Origin: Vicugna vicugna
Lineage: Eukaryota
Direction: 5' to 3'
Assembly: GCA_013265495.1 (NCBI GenBank)
Contig: MU058658.1
Coordinates: 62,001-126,000 of the forward strand
Length of the DNA stretch: 64,000 nucleotides
Part shown: piece after piece, positions 50,494 through 62,886 of the stretch
How the letters are laid out: each line of letters begins with the position of its first letter
Numbering within the stretch: the stretch's first letter is position 1
Notes under the pieces: generated by a model
The model's input: the letters and a program-made list of their open reading frames with translations, nothing else
Database searches by the model: none
Told to the model about the DNA's origin: nothing
Translations under genes and position numbers: made by a program

Positions 50494-52997
50494 ATGCATG
50501 ACTGCATTCATCCATTCATCACATCTTTATTGATCCTACTATGGTGAACAAGACAGGCTTTTTAATGAAGCACGCATACCAGAAGAAAACAGACAATAAA
50601 CACAAAAATAACTTTAAAAAGTAAGTGTGTCCATATGTACTGTGTCTCTGTGTGTTGTGTATCTTTGTGTGTGAAAGAGAGCTGCTATGAAAGTGTGCAA
50701 ATCCAGTTTTTCGTAGGACAACAATAAGATCGTTTTAAAATAAAAACTCAAAAACATGTATGAGCAGCCAGAGAGAAAACATATATAATTTAAAAATAGG
50801 AAAAGATTTTCAAACTCACTTGTACTACAAATGAGATGTATTTCTGCTAATCTACTGACAAAAATTAAAATGAGTATACACACGGGGGCATGGAAATATA
50901 CACTCTAATACTGTCAAGGTGGTGAAAATTGGTACATACTTTTAAACACGAACCTGCAAGTAGCTATTAATTTTAAATGTTCATTTACTAACCCAGGAGA
51001 TTCATATGGGGGTGTATAACACAGAAATGGTATATACTAAGATGTTTGTCAACTGTACTGTTAAGTGATATTATTTTAAAGTGTTTCTACTGGGGGGGAA
51101 GGTTTAATAAGCAATATTATATTTACATTGTCTTAAAGTATCTCCCCACAAATTATATATTAATTACTGAAGTAAAAATAATAATTGTACAGTAGTAATA
51201 ACAGACAATATCTTGAAGCAAGTGATCACAAGGTCCCTAACGTCAATGAAAAATTAATTGGTATTTGATCGAAAGGAAAAATAGAAAATGTTACTTGCAC
51301 CAACCTGAGGATTACAACTGAAGAGAACAGGACTGCTCTGCTCACTGGGTCGAAAGCACAGTTATATATATTTTTGAGACAAAGGACTGTACTTCAAAAT
51401 GACACTGACATTTTACATAAAGTTCACCAAAGATCCACAGTCCAGATAAGTATATACAAAGAGAGCAGCAGGTCACCATGACCCCTGACGGGATTAGGAA
51501 AGGAATGTGACCTTCTGAGGAGTTACATTGTTGGCCCCAGAAGAAGGAAAACGTCAAAATTTAAGGCCCTGCCTTGAGGAGGTCTGGTTCATGTGTGACG
51601 CAGAGAACACACTGCACTTTAGGGAGGGCCCAGTGCAGGGAGTATGTCATGCTTAAATGTTCTTGTCCTGCCTCAAAACATAAAATTCATCCTATCACCA
51701 ATAAGGGATAGATTCTTCTACTTGAAATGTTTCCTTTAAAGGATATCATTGGGGCAGCTGGCAAAATTGGAACATGCAGAGTGATGAAATAATGGATTAA
51801 TGCAAAATCTCAGTATTTGATAACCGTCTTGTGGCATGTAAGGGAATATCTACATTCTTAGGAAATACACACTGAAGAATTAAGGGGTAAAGGAACATGA
51901 TGTCTGCAACCTACTCTCAAGTCGTTCAGGATATGTGTAAAGAGAGCGAAATAAAGTACATAAATTTGGCAAAAGACCCACCGTTGGTGAATTCAGGTGA
52001 AGGGTTGTGAAAGTTCTTTTTACTAACCTTTGCAATGAGTTCAAAATAAAAGTTTAAAATTATAAATTGAAATAAAGTAAAATATGTCTAGCAGCTAACC
52101 TTTTCTAGACAAAAGAAACATCTTTAGCTCTCTACAAGATAACCCAGTCAATCCAGGGCTGTCAATCCTGGGAATGAGGAGTTAAGTGCCGCCTAGAGCT
52201 GATAAATAGAAGCCACTGACCGGCTTGCCCTGGGCCGCTCTCCAGCTGTAAGTCTTCTTTGGGTGTTGGAGGCGAGTGGCATTTGGCTCTAAAGCTCCTG
52301 CGGATATTGCAATAACGGGCGTTTCATCCTCCAACCTTTGTGGGGATGAACTGCGGATTAAGAAAGTCTGATTCCGGGTTTTGACTTCGGGGTGGCTCTC
52401 CATTCTCTACGACACTAGATACTGGCATTTGCAGAAAGGAGCACACATTGAAAGCCCAAACGATGAAGACGACCTGTTACTGATCTCACCTCGGGGAGCA
52501 ACTGATGGGCTGTAGTCCTGAAGACTCCTTTCATCTCATTTAAGCTCCAGTGAAGGTAAATTCCCAGACAGGGGCGCTAGAGTCATTTTTCAGCAGCTAA
52601 GTGACCAACAGAACGAAATGGGAAGGGGCCGCTGTGACACACCCCAGCGCCCTCTTTTCACACTCTAGACACTATGTTAGGATTGCTCAGGAAATTGAAG
52701 ACACCTTAATTATCATTATGGAAGATTTTCTCTTTCTCTGTGGTATGCTGGGCCCCACACTGTTAGTGCCCTATATTGAAGCAACAAGGACAGTCACTCA
52801 CAGTAGTCATTTCTGATTATGCACCTCTGTTTCTTTAGTTGAGTGACTCAAAAAGTCTCTTAATCTCATACATCTGGACCTCAGTTTCCCTACCTGTTAA
52901 ATAGTAATAAAATTGAATATCACACAATCACTTGCAAAGTTAAATTGCATTGAGGTATGTAAATCATATAGAGAAATTTGCAGCAAATAATAGACCT

Positions 52998-53494
52998 TGT
53001 TGCAGAAAAACGTGTTAAAGCTCAGTTGTGACAGCAACTTGGATGCAAGCAAGAGACCAAGCAGCACTCAGAGAGTTGGAGAACTCAGGTTTACACCACT
53101 AGGCCCAGAAGAGTCAACACTACAGGCTCTGGAACCATCTGTAAGTTTACACAGGCTTTTATAGGCTGCCAGTTTACATGTTGCAACATCATATGCAAAT
53201 AAGATATAACAAAAGTTTACTAATTAGGAACAAGCTTCGTAGAAATGGGCCAATCAGGAGGGAGAGAAATAACCAATCAGGAGTGAGGGCAATGGACTAA
53301 TCAGGAGTGAGAGAAGTAACCAATCAGGAGTGAGTTCAGGGAACCAATAGAATTTTAGGGGCAAGTTCCACTTTCCTAGAAGTAAGCCGTTTCAGAGGCA
53401 AAAAGTGAGATAGAGCCTCTGGGCCAGGGAACCAGATGGTGCTGGCAGGAGAGTAGTGGCCCTGGTGGTCTGTCTTATGGGGCGTCCCACCTCA
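52998..53494 (-). mobile_element. ERV1-class solo LTR, family A copy 2
   Basis: TG...CA termini; TSD ACCT; repeated CCAATCAGGAG; ATGCAAAT. Confidence 0.88.
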
Positions 53495-54945
53495 ACCTGA
53501 ATAAGTATTACATAACTCCCTTTCTTCCAAACAACTGAGCCTTAAATTTCCCCAGATAAGGCATCCTGGCAACTTAATATAGTCTGCTTAACAACAAACA
53601 AACACAATTCCAGATGCTTCAAGTTCTTGACCAAGTAAAGTCAGACCAAGGCTCTAAGTTAGAGATCTATAAAGCTTACGGTTTCTCAAACAGTAAATAT
53701 TGATAGGTTGGTTGTGGCAGACACAGTTGCAAGTCAACTAATCCGTGGTAGGCTTGTGCTACACTGATCTGATCTGGATGACTGCGGGGAAGAGTGTTAA
53801 GGAATGCTTTTCGAGATTGGATTAATTTATAGGACTTTGGAGGTGGATGGGCATAAAATAGGTTATTTTTTCTCATAGCAGCCTTGGTAATCAACACTGT
53901 GCCCAAATCTGACAAAGGGCAGCTCTCCAAAGTGACTCAGGTTTCTTTGGGATGAACCGCGCATGGGCCAAGGACAGTTATTATGTTGGTTTCATTTGGG
54001 GCTTTGATGTTGTTTCTCAAATCGTTGTGTCAGATGGGAGCAGGCCTTCCTGACTGCCTGAAAGGATATGGGCAAATGAGTGAGGGGAGGAAGCAAAATT
54101 AGGAGAGATGTGTTTTAATCTTTCTGAAACCTTTCTGTTTCTGTTTTGAGATGTGTGTCTCTCTGTTTCTCTGAATTTGGGTAATTATCTGCTCTCTCTG
54201 CTCACTGTCTTACCCCATTCCCTTCCTCCCTGTGTATTTGACATTGCTGGCTGCACACCCAGCATTTACGCCTCTCTTAACCGAGTCTTCCTAACGGTAT
54301 CCCAATTTTCCCTGTAGCAGTCCTTTAGCACTCCCATTCCACTGGATGGCAGGGAGTGCTGATTTATCCCCCGTTGCAGGGTAAGGATGATTATTTAAGG
54401 ATCAACCAGCCCTTGCCACTGCAGAGTGTCACGTAGTAATTGGTTAAATATTGTATCAGTGTATGAAGAATGGATCAAGACAAATGTGAGGACTTGTGGT
54501 AAGCGGATGTGCCAGATAATTAGTGGGACTTAGAACAGAGACATCATTTGGGTAAGAAGAAAATGTTGGCAAATAAAAAAGTCAAGTTAGGACAGGATTG
54601 ATGAAACATGAATGAATAGGCTACACTTTGTCTCAGAAAAAGAATGCAATTGCATTTTACAGATGGAAAGTTGTGTAGATCTACAAATAACCCTCAAGAA
54701 TGTGTTTAGGGAACCGATCTTAAGCCTTCTCTTCTCCCCAGCTGCACAACTCAGGTTTGACTTGTCAGTTCACCTCATCCTGCCTAAACCATGCTATGAT
54801 TAATAAAACTGAATGCCACAGGAATGAAAACTCAGAACCTGATATCAAAATTCCCCTTGGCTTACCTAAATTCAGTGGCATGACTGTGATAATATTAGTT
54901 ATCCACTTTTTTAAGCCATTCTTCAACTTCCCCCTCTCCTAACAG

Positions 54946-55008
54946 CTCCCCTGAGAGAGCATGTATTCTGAGTCGACGTCTTCTGGAGAGGTGGCATCGC
55001 TTCAGAAT
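54946..55008 (+). other. Candidate USP29 5'UTR exon (63 bp)
   Basis: Pyrimidine tract + ctaacag acceptor ending 54945; gtaagt donor at 55009; 160 bp before the ATG. Confidence 0.45.
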
Positions 55009-55167
55009 GTAAGTAGTTCCCCCAAAGTGTCTTTTACCCAAAGCCTAAGGAGATACTAAAAGAATATTATTACATAGGGTTTTTCACCACCGATTATACA
55101 TTTTAGATTAAAGTGTATATGTCTACTTTTTTCTTTATGTTACAAAAATTTTATTTGTAAAGAAAGG

Positions 55168-56860
55168 ATGAGTTCTCTAAAGATACCTCCTTTTGTGCAA
55201 ATTTGGAGCAAGAAGACTGAGACAAGTAAAGAGAGACGCATCCATTGAAAGAGTGGAATGAGAGAAAGAAATTAGCTAGTTATTTTCAACTCTGAAGCAT
55301 TAATGAGTTTTCCAGCTAAGCAGTAACATTATACGCGTGGTCCTTAGACACTGTGGAAAAAGGCAAAGTTATTTGAATTTAGCCTTGCAAAACAATAGCT
55401 CCTTGTCTGTTGACAAATTATACTACAGGGATGCTGAACCATTAAAGACATTTCTGGACACAAGTCTGTCAAAACGAATTCCAACCACCCATGAAACCTG
55501 ATAGTGACTGGGGTGTTTTTGTCAGAAGGAAGACACAGGAGAAAATTGACAAAACTCCATTTTACAAAGTTTGTGACAAGCCAAGTCATGGATCCTCTAA
55601 TACAGAAAAGAAAATGGAACATTATCCCCCAGAAGGTACCTTTGTTAATGTCAAAATCACCAATGCCAGGCAGAACAGGGCTACTAGAAAACCAAGGCGG
55701 GAAGAGGAAAAAATGCTATCATCTGGTCCTGAGATAAATGAGGGCTCCCTGAAAGAAAACAACCGTGTACTAAACAAGAAATTGAAGACAAACTCTTTTG
55801 AGCATATGAGCAGCAAAAGAAAGAAATCATTGCAATTACAAGATCAAAAAAAACATAGGAAAAGCACAGAAATTCGAAACGTGGACCTTCATGCAGGACT
55901 ACTTCTGCTGAAAAGCCTAACTTAGATGAGACTGTTCTTTCAATCCAGGGTGTCTCTTCCAAAAGAAGTCTGGCATTTCCATCAGAACAGATACACAGCC
56001 ATGATGGCCCAAGACGGAATGGACCCCAGGTGCCCGTGACACTCGCCCAGAACAAGTATGGCCAGGCTCCCCCAGTTTGGGAAACACTTGTTATGTGGAT
56101 GCACGTTTACAGTCACTGTTTGCAATTCCATCATTTGCTGATCCTTCCTCATGCGGGGCGTCCCCTGGGAGAAAATCCCCTTTGACGCTCTTACGATTCG
56201 CTTGAGCCAGCGACTTGCTTTAAAGGACATTTTTAACATGCGGATCAAGGAGGAGTTGCTTGTAAATATTTAAAGTGCCGTTTCAGGGACATTCTCTGGC
56301 AGCTTGCAGAGTGACGCTCGTGAGTTTTTAGGTTACTGTTTAGATCAGCTGAAAGCCAACATGGGAAACTTAAACACCACTTTACAGACTGAGTGAGAAA
56401 CTGCGGATGAAAATTCCTCTCCACAGATGTATGCTGGTCATGCTGCCGCCAAAACGCCTGTTTGTCCTGTTGTTGCTAATTTTGAGTTTGAATTGCAGCG
56501 CTCCGTTATTTGCAAAGCCTGTGGACAGCTTGCTCTGAAGAGAGAACCAAGTAATTATCTCTCTGTCAACCTACCCCAAGAACCAAAACTGATTCCTTTC
56601 TCCACTCAAAATTCTTTGATCTTTAGAGAGGAGGAACCTGAGCGTGACTGCAAGAACCGCAAGCACAAGGGCGCTGTCGCAGGCACAACTTCAGCGGGCT
56701 TCCGGTGGTCCTCGGCGTTCATCGGAAGCACTGTAGCTATAATGATGTTCGGTTGCGGTGGAAGATAACCAGCAGGTGGATATCCTCAGATGTCTAAGTT
56801 CGCCCTCTCATTGCAATGAGAGCACCAAACCACCTTTTCCCGTTGCCCGTAATGCACCAG
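55168..56860 (+). pseudogene. USP29: USP29 (ubiquitin-specific peptidase 29) disrupted coding exon, 3' part missing
   Basis: ATG 55168 reads MSSLKIPPFVQIWSKKT (human MISLKVCGFIQIWSQKT as recalled), then stops at TGA 55246-55248. Homology continues across frames: MKPDSDWGVFVRR..EKIDKTPFY, Cys box SLGNTCYVDARLQSLFAIPSFAD (Cys codon 56089-56091), QSDAREFLGYCLDQLK, stop at 56394, CPVVANFEFELQRSVICKACG, HCNESTKPP. No His box follows. Confidence 0.93.
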
Positions 56861-57050
56861 GAGCCAAGAGGTGGAAGTGGTGGTGACATTTCTCTCTATT
56901 CTGACCCACTTGCAAAATACTTACCTCCTGCTCCTGCAAATGAGGGCCTTTCGGTATACGGCTTAGCACCCAGGGAGGAAAGCCTACGTAAGTGGGACAA
57001 ATGCCGCACGGAATAGAAGTTGAGACTGTCTCCTGTCACTTTGACCTTCT
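56860..57050 (+). mobile_element. ERVL internal (pol 3'/dUTPase-proximal) fragment
   Basis: CCAGGAGCCAAGAGGTGGAAGTGG..TGACCCACTTGCAAAAT..GAAGTTGAGACTG..CACTTTG resembles recalled ERVL-int; probably resumes after the MLT1 at ~57500. Confidence 0.6.
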
Positions 57051-57445
57051 TTATGGGCTGAAATCTGTCTCTTAGCAAAAAATGCATGCTTGAAGTCTTA
57101 ACCCCAGTGCCTCAGAGCGTGACTGTATCTGGAGACAGGGTCTTTACAGGGGTCCGTAAGTTTAACTGAGGTCAGTGAGGTGGGCCTCAATCCAATATTA
57201 CTGGCTCTTTGTAAGAAGAGCAAACTTGGATGCAGACACACACAAAGGAAAGACAAAGGAAGGACGCAGAGAGAGGACGGGTGGCCCCCTACAAGCCAAG
57301 GAGAGAGGCCTGGAACAGATCCTCCCCTCGTGGGCTCAGAAAGGTTCCACCCTTCTGACGCCCTGACCGCAGACTTGCAGCCTCCAGGCCGTGCAGCAGT
57401 GCGCTGTCTCCTAAGCCGCCCAGCCCGCCCCTCCATATGGCCTCC
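57051..57445 (+). mobile_element. MaLR MLT1 LTR
   Basis: TATGGGCTGAA..GAAGTCTTAACCCCAGTGCCTCAGAGCGTGACTGTATCTGGAGACAGGG..CAGCCTCCAG. Confidence 0.75.
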
Positions 57446-58964
57446 TAACGCCAGCAGGCATGCGGCGGGGCCTGAGTCGGTCGGTCTGACATCAGGGGAC
57501 ACGCCTAGAATTGAGCGGGTCGGAGTGGCTGCTGCTACCCAGCCCAGAGATGAAAAGTTAACGGAAGATGAGGCGAGACAGGTAAGGTTCAATCTCCTGA
57601 GGAACAAGGACTGGGCTCCCCCCGACAAGACAAAGACCACTTAGCTCCTAGAAACACGGGCAGGTGGCAAAGGGGCCACAGGATGGGCACCTGAAGAAAG
57701 AAGCTGATGAAAACCAAGCATGAGCTCACACCCATGGGAGGAAGGAGGACTCGGGCCCAAGCATCACTTTTCCCTTGACAACGTCTTCTCTCTCAGTTCA
57801 TCCATCTCACCCAAATGTCACTTCATTCTTATCTCTTTCCCCGACTCTAACATCTGTGGTGGGGTTTTGCTTGTTTGTTTGGTGTTTAAGTTTTCACCTC
57901 CCAGTTACAAGACATAAAGACGAGGTGGTAGTTGAACTCGGGGATGGGAGGGACCCAGAAGGCTTTTCACTTCCCTGTTTGGGAAGAGGGTGAGCGTGTT
58001 TGGATTCAGATGAGGGACAGCTGTTATGATCTCAGGCAGGAAGGTGTTGTTTCTGCCATCATTTGGAATTCAAAGTTTGGAAGAGGCCCATCTTCAGGGC
58101 TAGACTGTGGAAGGGAGTATGGGAGAGATTTAATCTAACACCCATTTTGACCCTCTTCCAGCATGCCTTGTGTTGCAAAGACAGGATAGCTAAAAATGTT
58201 ATTTTCAAGGCTACCTTGCACCCCAGGGTCCACACGCGGCCTTGGTTTTGCCGAGCAGACACGCACGTGTGAGACCTGGGAGTGAGACACCGCGCGGCAG
58301 GGAGCGGCAGGGATGCACGCATCCCATGGACAGACTGGGTCCAGGAACCACGGTGCTCAGGAGGGCTGGAGCCAACCGTTCTGGCTTTTTCTCCCACTCA
58401 CCAAGTGAGAAAAATTGTCCCCACTTTCTGTTGGAAAACCAAGCGATGTGGGATGGGGGAAGAGACTGTTACAGTGAGAAATGTCTACTTGCACCTTTTT
58501 CTTTCCCAACTGTGTAGGCGTATCAGGTGTTTTCAGTATTTCTTCTGGGCTGCTAAATGTATTCATGTGACAGAACACGTTCCCAAATAAAACATGCAGT
58601 CAGTCCAGGGCCCATCACTGATACGGCACTAGGGGGTTACATGTTCTTCTGCGTGTTATCCCCAGTTTGTGAAAGTATTAACATTTTAAAAACGTGGATA
58701 CCATAGTTCTTATTCACTAGAACAAAGCTTCCATGAGCAGTTTTGGCAACTTGGTTTACTGCCACACCTCCAATATTCAAAAAGAGTCCTTGGTATACAA
58801 AAGGCATTAAATAAATATTTGCTGAACAAGTAAGCTAAGTCAGGCTTCAAAGGAAAGACCATATCCTCACACTGCCCTCAGATAAAGCCTTCTTGCAGAG
58901 CATTTCAGTATGGATTCCTGGGTGACTGTTCCAGGCTAACCTGTAAGCAAAAACATTCCCATGT

Positions 58965-59045
58965 TTTTAAATTTTTTTAATGGAGGTACTGAGCCCAGGA
59001 CCTCGTGCACGCTAAGCACACGCTCTACCCCTGAGCTGTACCCCC
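58965..59045 (-). mobile_element. tRNA-derived SINE just 3' of the ZIM3 stop
   Basis: AATGGAGGTACTGAGCCCAGGACC..CTCTACCCCTGAGCT; TSD A(C/T)ATTCCC. Confidence 0.78.
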
Positions 59046-59066
59046 ACACACAATATTCCCGTATTT

Positions 59067-60300
59067 CTAATGTGTGTGGGGTTCCTGTCTGTTGTGGATT
59101 CTTCTCTGGTGTCTAACAAGATGTGACTTGTCAAGGAAGGCTTCCCCACATTCAGAACACTCATAATGTTTTCGTCCAGTGTGGGGTTCTTCATGCAAAC
59201 TGAGACTTAGCTTCCGGCTGAAGAGTTTTCCACACTCATTACACTCATAAGCTCTCTCCCCACTGTGAATTTTTGATGAGTACGAAGGTCTGACTTCTTG
59301 AAGAAAGCTTTCCCGCATCCAGTACATTCATAGGGTTTTTTCCCAGTATGGATTTTTCTGTGTTGAATGAGATTTTTCTTCTGGACGAAGGTGCTGTCAC
59401 AGAGATGGCAAGCGTAAGCTCTCACCCTGGCATGAATTTTCTCGTGATCAGTGGCGTTTGATTTCTGGGAAAAGGCCTTTTTGCATACGCTACACTTACA
59501 GGATTTCTCTCCTGTGTGTGTTCTCTGGTGTTTCTCAAGATCTGACTTGTAAGTGAAAGCTTTTGCACAGTCATTACAGCTATAGGGTTTTTGTCCAGTG
59601 TGAATTTTTTTATGTTGACTGAAGGTTGAGCTGTGTTTAAACAACTTTCCACATTCATCCCGTTCATAGGTTTTCTCTACACAATGAGAATTCTCGACAC
59701 AAGTTTCATTTGATTAATGCAAGGTGACCTTCAGGGAAAGGTTGTCCCGCATGGTTTACATTCATAGGGTTTCTCTTCGGTGTGAGTTTTCTGTTGTTGA
59801 ATGAGATTTGGCTTTTGCTTACAGACTTTTCCACATTTGTCGCATTTATAGGATTTTCCTTCTGCACTGGTTTTGTGATGTTTAGTGAGCCTACACCTCC
59901 CCCAAAATTCTCTTCCGCATTTATAACGTCCACAGGATTTCTCACCAGTCTGTGTCCTGGGTGACTTTGAAGGTACGATTTCAATGGGCATTACATAATT
60001 GTTTTGCTATAAACATGGATGGATTATTGCCAAGTATTTTTCTCTATTAGAAGAGTTATTTTTTGCATAGCTTTTCACATCTAAACTATGTTTCCAATGT
60101 TTTACAAATGGGTCACATTCAAGAAGTCTGAGTCTGGAAGGACCACCATCTGTGCTCGGCAGAAACATTTCTTCACGTCTGTCATGTTCAGTGCCTTTTT
60201 GCTCAGTCAGTGTTTCCTTGTTGATCGATGCAACTTCTGTCTTGTGACTCTGCTTTGCATCCTGGAATCTCCAAATCTGCTCTTCCATGCCTGTCTTTTT
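59067..60300 (-). pseudogene. ZIM3: ZIM3 C2H2 zinc-finger exon, frameshifted
   Basis: Acceptor ttttag at 60301-60306. Fragments [90 protein letters not shown] match recalled human ZIM3, but are split over at least 5 ORFs in different frames. Confidence 0.9.
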
Positions 60301-61553
60301 CTAAAACAGAATACAAAGAAATGTCCTGTATGACTCTTTCCACTCACATGATCAAAATGAAATGTCACAAAGAAGCTATTAAAGGGATTGTTTTGGTTTC
60401 AGGTCTAATGTCTGTGGGGGAACTGAACTTACTGTAACCTTGCTGAGGAACGCTGATGGAGCGGACTCAACCTCAGGTGATGTTGATCAAGAATTATCAA
60501 AAACAGGACATCAGAGAAGCTCAGTCTAACAGCCAGCACAACTGGACAGCTGCTGGCTGCTTACAGAAGGTAGGACGCTGTGTAACGCGGTAGGTTCGGT
60601 CTCAGATAAGGAGAGCTTAACATCCTCTGTAGGGAGATAGTCATTTGCAGGCTCCCTGCAATGTGTGACTTCTGGGGTGTTTTTTCCTACATAATAAACT
60701 TAGCTAATTCTGTCTTTATGAACTGGCACGTCCCTTAGGGTCTCAGTATCTTGTATCCTCAACCTGTCCAAATAGAAAAGAAATCCCAAGGTCAGGGCTC
60801 TGCGAACTATAAACTATGCCTGGTGAAATTGTGAGCGGGAAATTTACCTGTGTGGGTACAAGTGACTCTGAAACGTATAAAAATTAATTTTAGAAAAGAA
60901 AATAATAAGCAAGCTGCCAAGGGAGGGGAAAAAATAAGTATATAAAATTGGCAGGAGAAGAATTATAGGTAAACAGACTTGTAACGTTACTCTAAATTAT
61001 CACAAATCAGATTGGATTTCACCAAGCACCTCCGAGCCAAAGAGGTCGACAAGACAGCTGTGGGGTGATCCTTAATGATCCCTTGTTGGCCTTTTCCCTT
61101 TATGTGGGTCTCCATATCCCGCAGAGACAGTACATTTCCTAAAAACTCTATTCCATTCGTGTCCCCGCATACATGGTCTTAAAGCTTCAGGCCACCTCAA
61201 CCCAACCACGAAGACAACCACTGCTCTGACCTTCCCAGCAGCAAAATTCGGAATCAGACCTTTTAAAATTCCTTTTGCTATAGAGCACATGACTGAGACA
61301 ACTTGTGAAATGTACATGACGTTTATAGATTAATACCAGCATTGCAGTCAGTGTTAAGCACCTGATGTTAATCACGGTACTACGATCACGTAAGAGAATG
61401 TCCTCGTTTTAACGAAAACACACTCAAGTACAGGGGGATTCACAGCTGAGCACACAGGGAGCAAGTGAGAGGCCAAGGATACTGAGAAGGAGATGAGAAA
61501 AAGTTCAACTGTAAAGGAAAACGCAGATTAAAATTAAAGAACATCGCTGTGTG

Positions 61554-62023
61554 TGAGGCGGGAAGCCCCATAAACAGACGGGCAGGACCCCTAGGTAGGG
61601 CCACTGCTCTCCTCCCAGCACCGTCCGGTTCCCTGGCCCAGAGGCTCTATCTCACTTTTCGCCTCTAAAGCGACTAACTTACACCTAGAATTCTATTGGT
61701 TCCCTGAGCTCACTTCTGATTGGTTAGGTTAAGTACTTCATTTGCATGGAGCTCACTTCTGATTGGTCTATTTCTACAAAGCTTGTTCCTGGTTGGTCAA
61801 CTTCTGTTGTACTTTATTTGCATATGATGTTGCAAAGTGTAAAATTGGCAGCTTATAAAGGCCTGTGTAACCCTACAGACAGCGTTCAGAGCTTGAAGTG
61901 TTTACTCCTGAGCGTCTGCTGGAATAATAAGCCTAAGTTCTCCGACTTTGTGAGTGCTGCTTGGTCTCTCGCTGGGATCCAGGTTGCTGTCACAGCTGAG
62001 CTGTGACACATTTTTCTGCAACA
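61554..62023 (+). mobile_element. ERV1-class solo LTR, family A copy 3 (ZIM3 intron)
   Basis: TG...CA termini; TSD TGTG; same internal motifs. Confidence 0.88.
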
Positions 62024-62191
62024 TGTGGAACAAAACACCTGGAGGTTTCTTCCCTTGTTAAAAAATAGAATCAGAAGCTTCTATGTGACTTTGGTCCAGT
62101 CAGGCGAAATAGCTTAGTAATTGAAAAACAACAACAACAAAAGAGAATTGGCTTCCATGTGACCTCGGCCCACACCCTCCTGGTTGGGCCC

Positions 62192-62290
62192 CTGGACTGC
62201 GGCCCCTCCGCGTTTCTGCTTCCTACGTCCACGGCTCCTCGCCGCGTTCCAACCGCACCATCACGTCCGGTGTGACGGCTTCCTCGCCGC
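62192..62290 (-). pseudogene. ZIM3: ZIM3 KRAB-B exon with in-frame stop
   Basis: Translates to GEEAVTPDVMVRLERGEEPWT then TAG (62223-62225). The expected donor after ..CCAG reads GG rather than GT. Confidence 0.82.
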
Positions 62291-62762
62291 CTCGTCGCGG
62301 AAGGTACAGCGCTTGATGTTGGCGCCTGTGAGCGTTGTGTGTGGCGTTTGTTGTGAGTGTGGGGTGTTGCACGTCAACCTTTGGTGGAGGGTCGGTTGGG
62401 AAAGGCACATCTTCTAGGCGTGTCCAAGGGCAGTCAACCCAAAGATGGAAAGAAATGCTTTCTTTCTTTCCCCCCAGAGGGATGAAGCTTTTCCAAACAT
62501 GAGGGCCAGGACCAAGGCGGAGGGAGAGGCACTCACAGATAGGAAGGAAGCCCCCCATCCTCAGGGTCCTTACACAACCGGAAACCTAGGGCGCCTTCAA
62601 TTTAGCACATGTGCATCTCGCATGCCTCCAGTCCCAGTCCTGCCATGGACATACCCAAAGCAAAAAGCACCCAACAGCCAAAGCTGGTGAGCCTGGCAGG
62701 GTGAGTGTCACGGTGTTTGGGCCTCAGGTTTATGAGTTGTCCTGCCGGGAAGCCGTGCTCAC

Positions 62763-62886
62763 CCACAGAGATCAGGTTGCTATAGTTCTCCCAGATCACG
62801 TCCCTGTACAGGTGCCCCTGTTCGGGGCTCAGCTGCTGCCATTCCTGGGTGAAGTCCACCGTGATGTCCTCAGAGGTCACTCTTCC
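62763..62886 (-). pseudogene. ZIM3: ZIM3 KRAB-A exon
   Basis: cag|[41 protein letters not shown]|gtgag, 124 bp, one codon shorter than the usual 127-bp KRAB-A exon; both splice sites canonical. Confidence 0.9.

Noticed and set aside
55491..55925. 144-aa ORF as a functional truncated USP29
   Set aside because: Internal frameshifted fragment lacking all catalytic residues.
59207..59644. 145-aa zinc-finger ORF as an independent gene
   Set aside because: TTG start; a fragment between ZIM3 frameshifts, disconnected from the KRAB exons.
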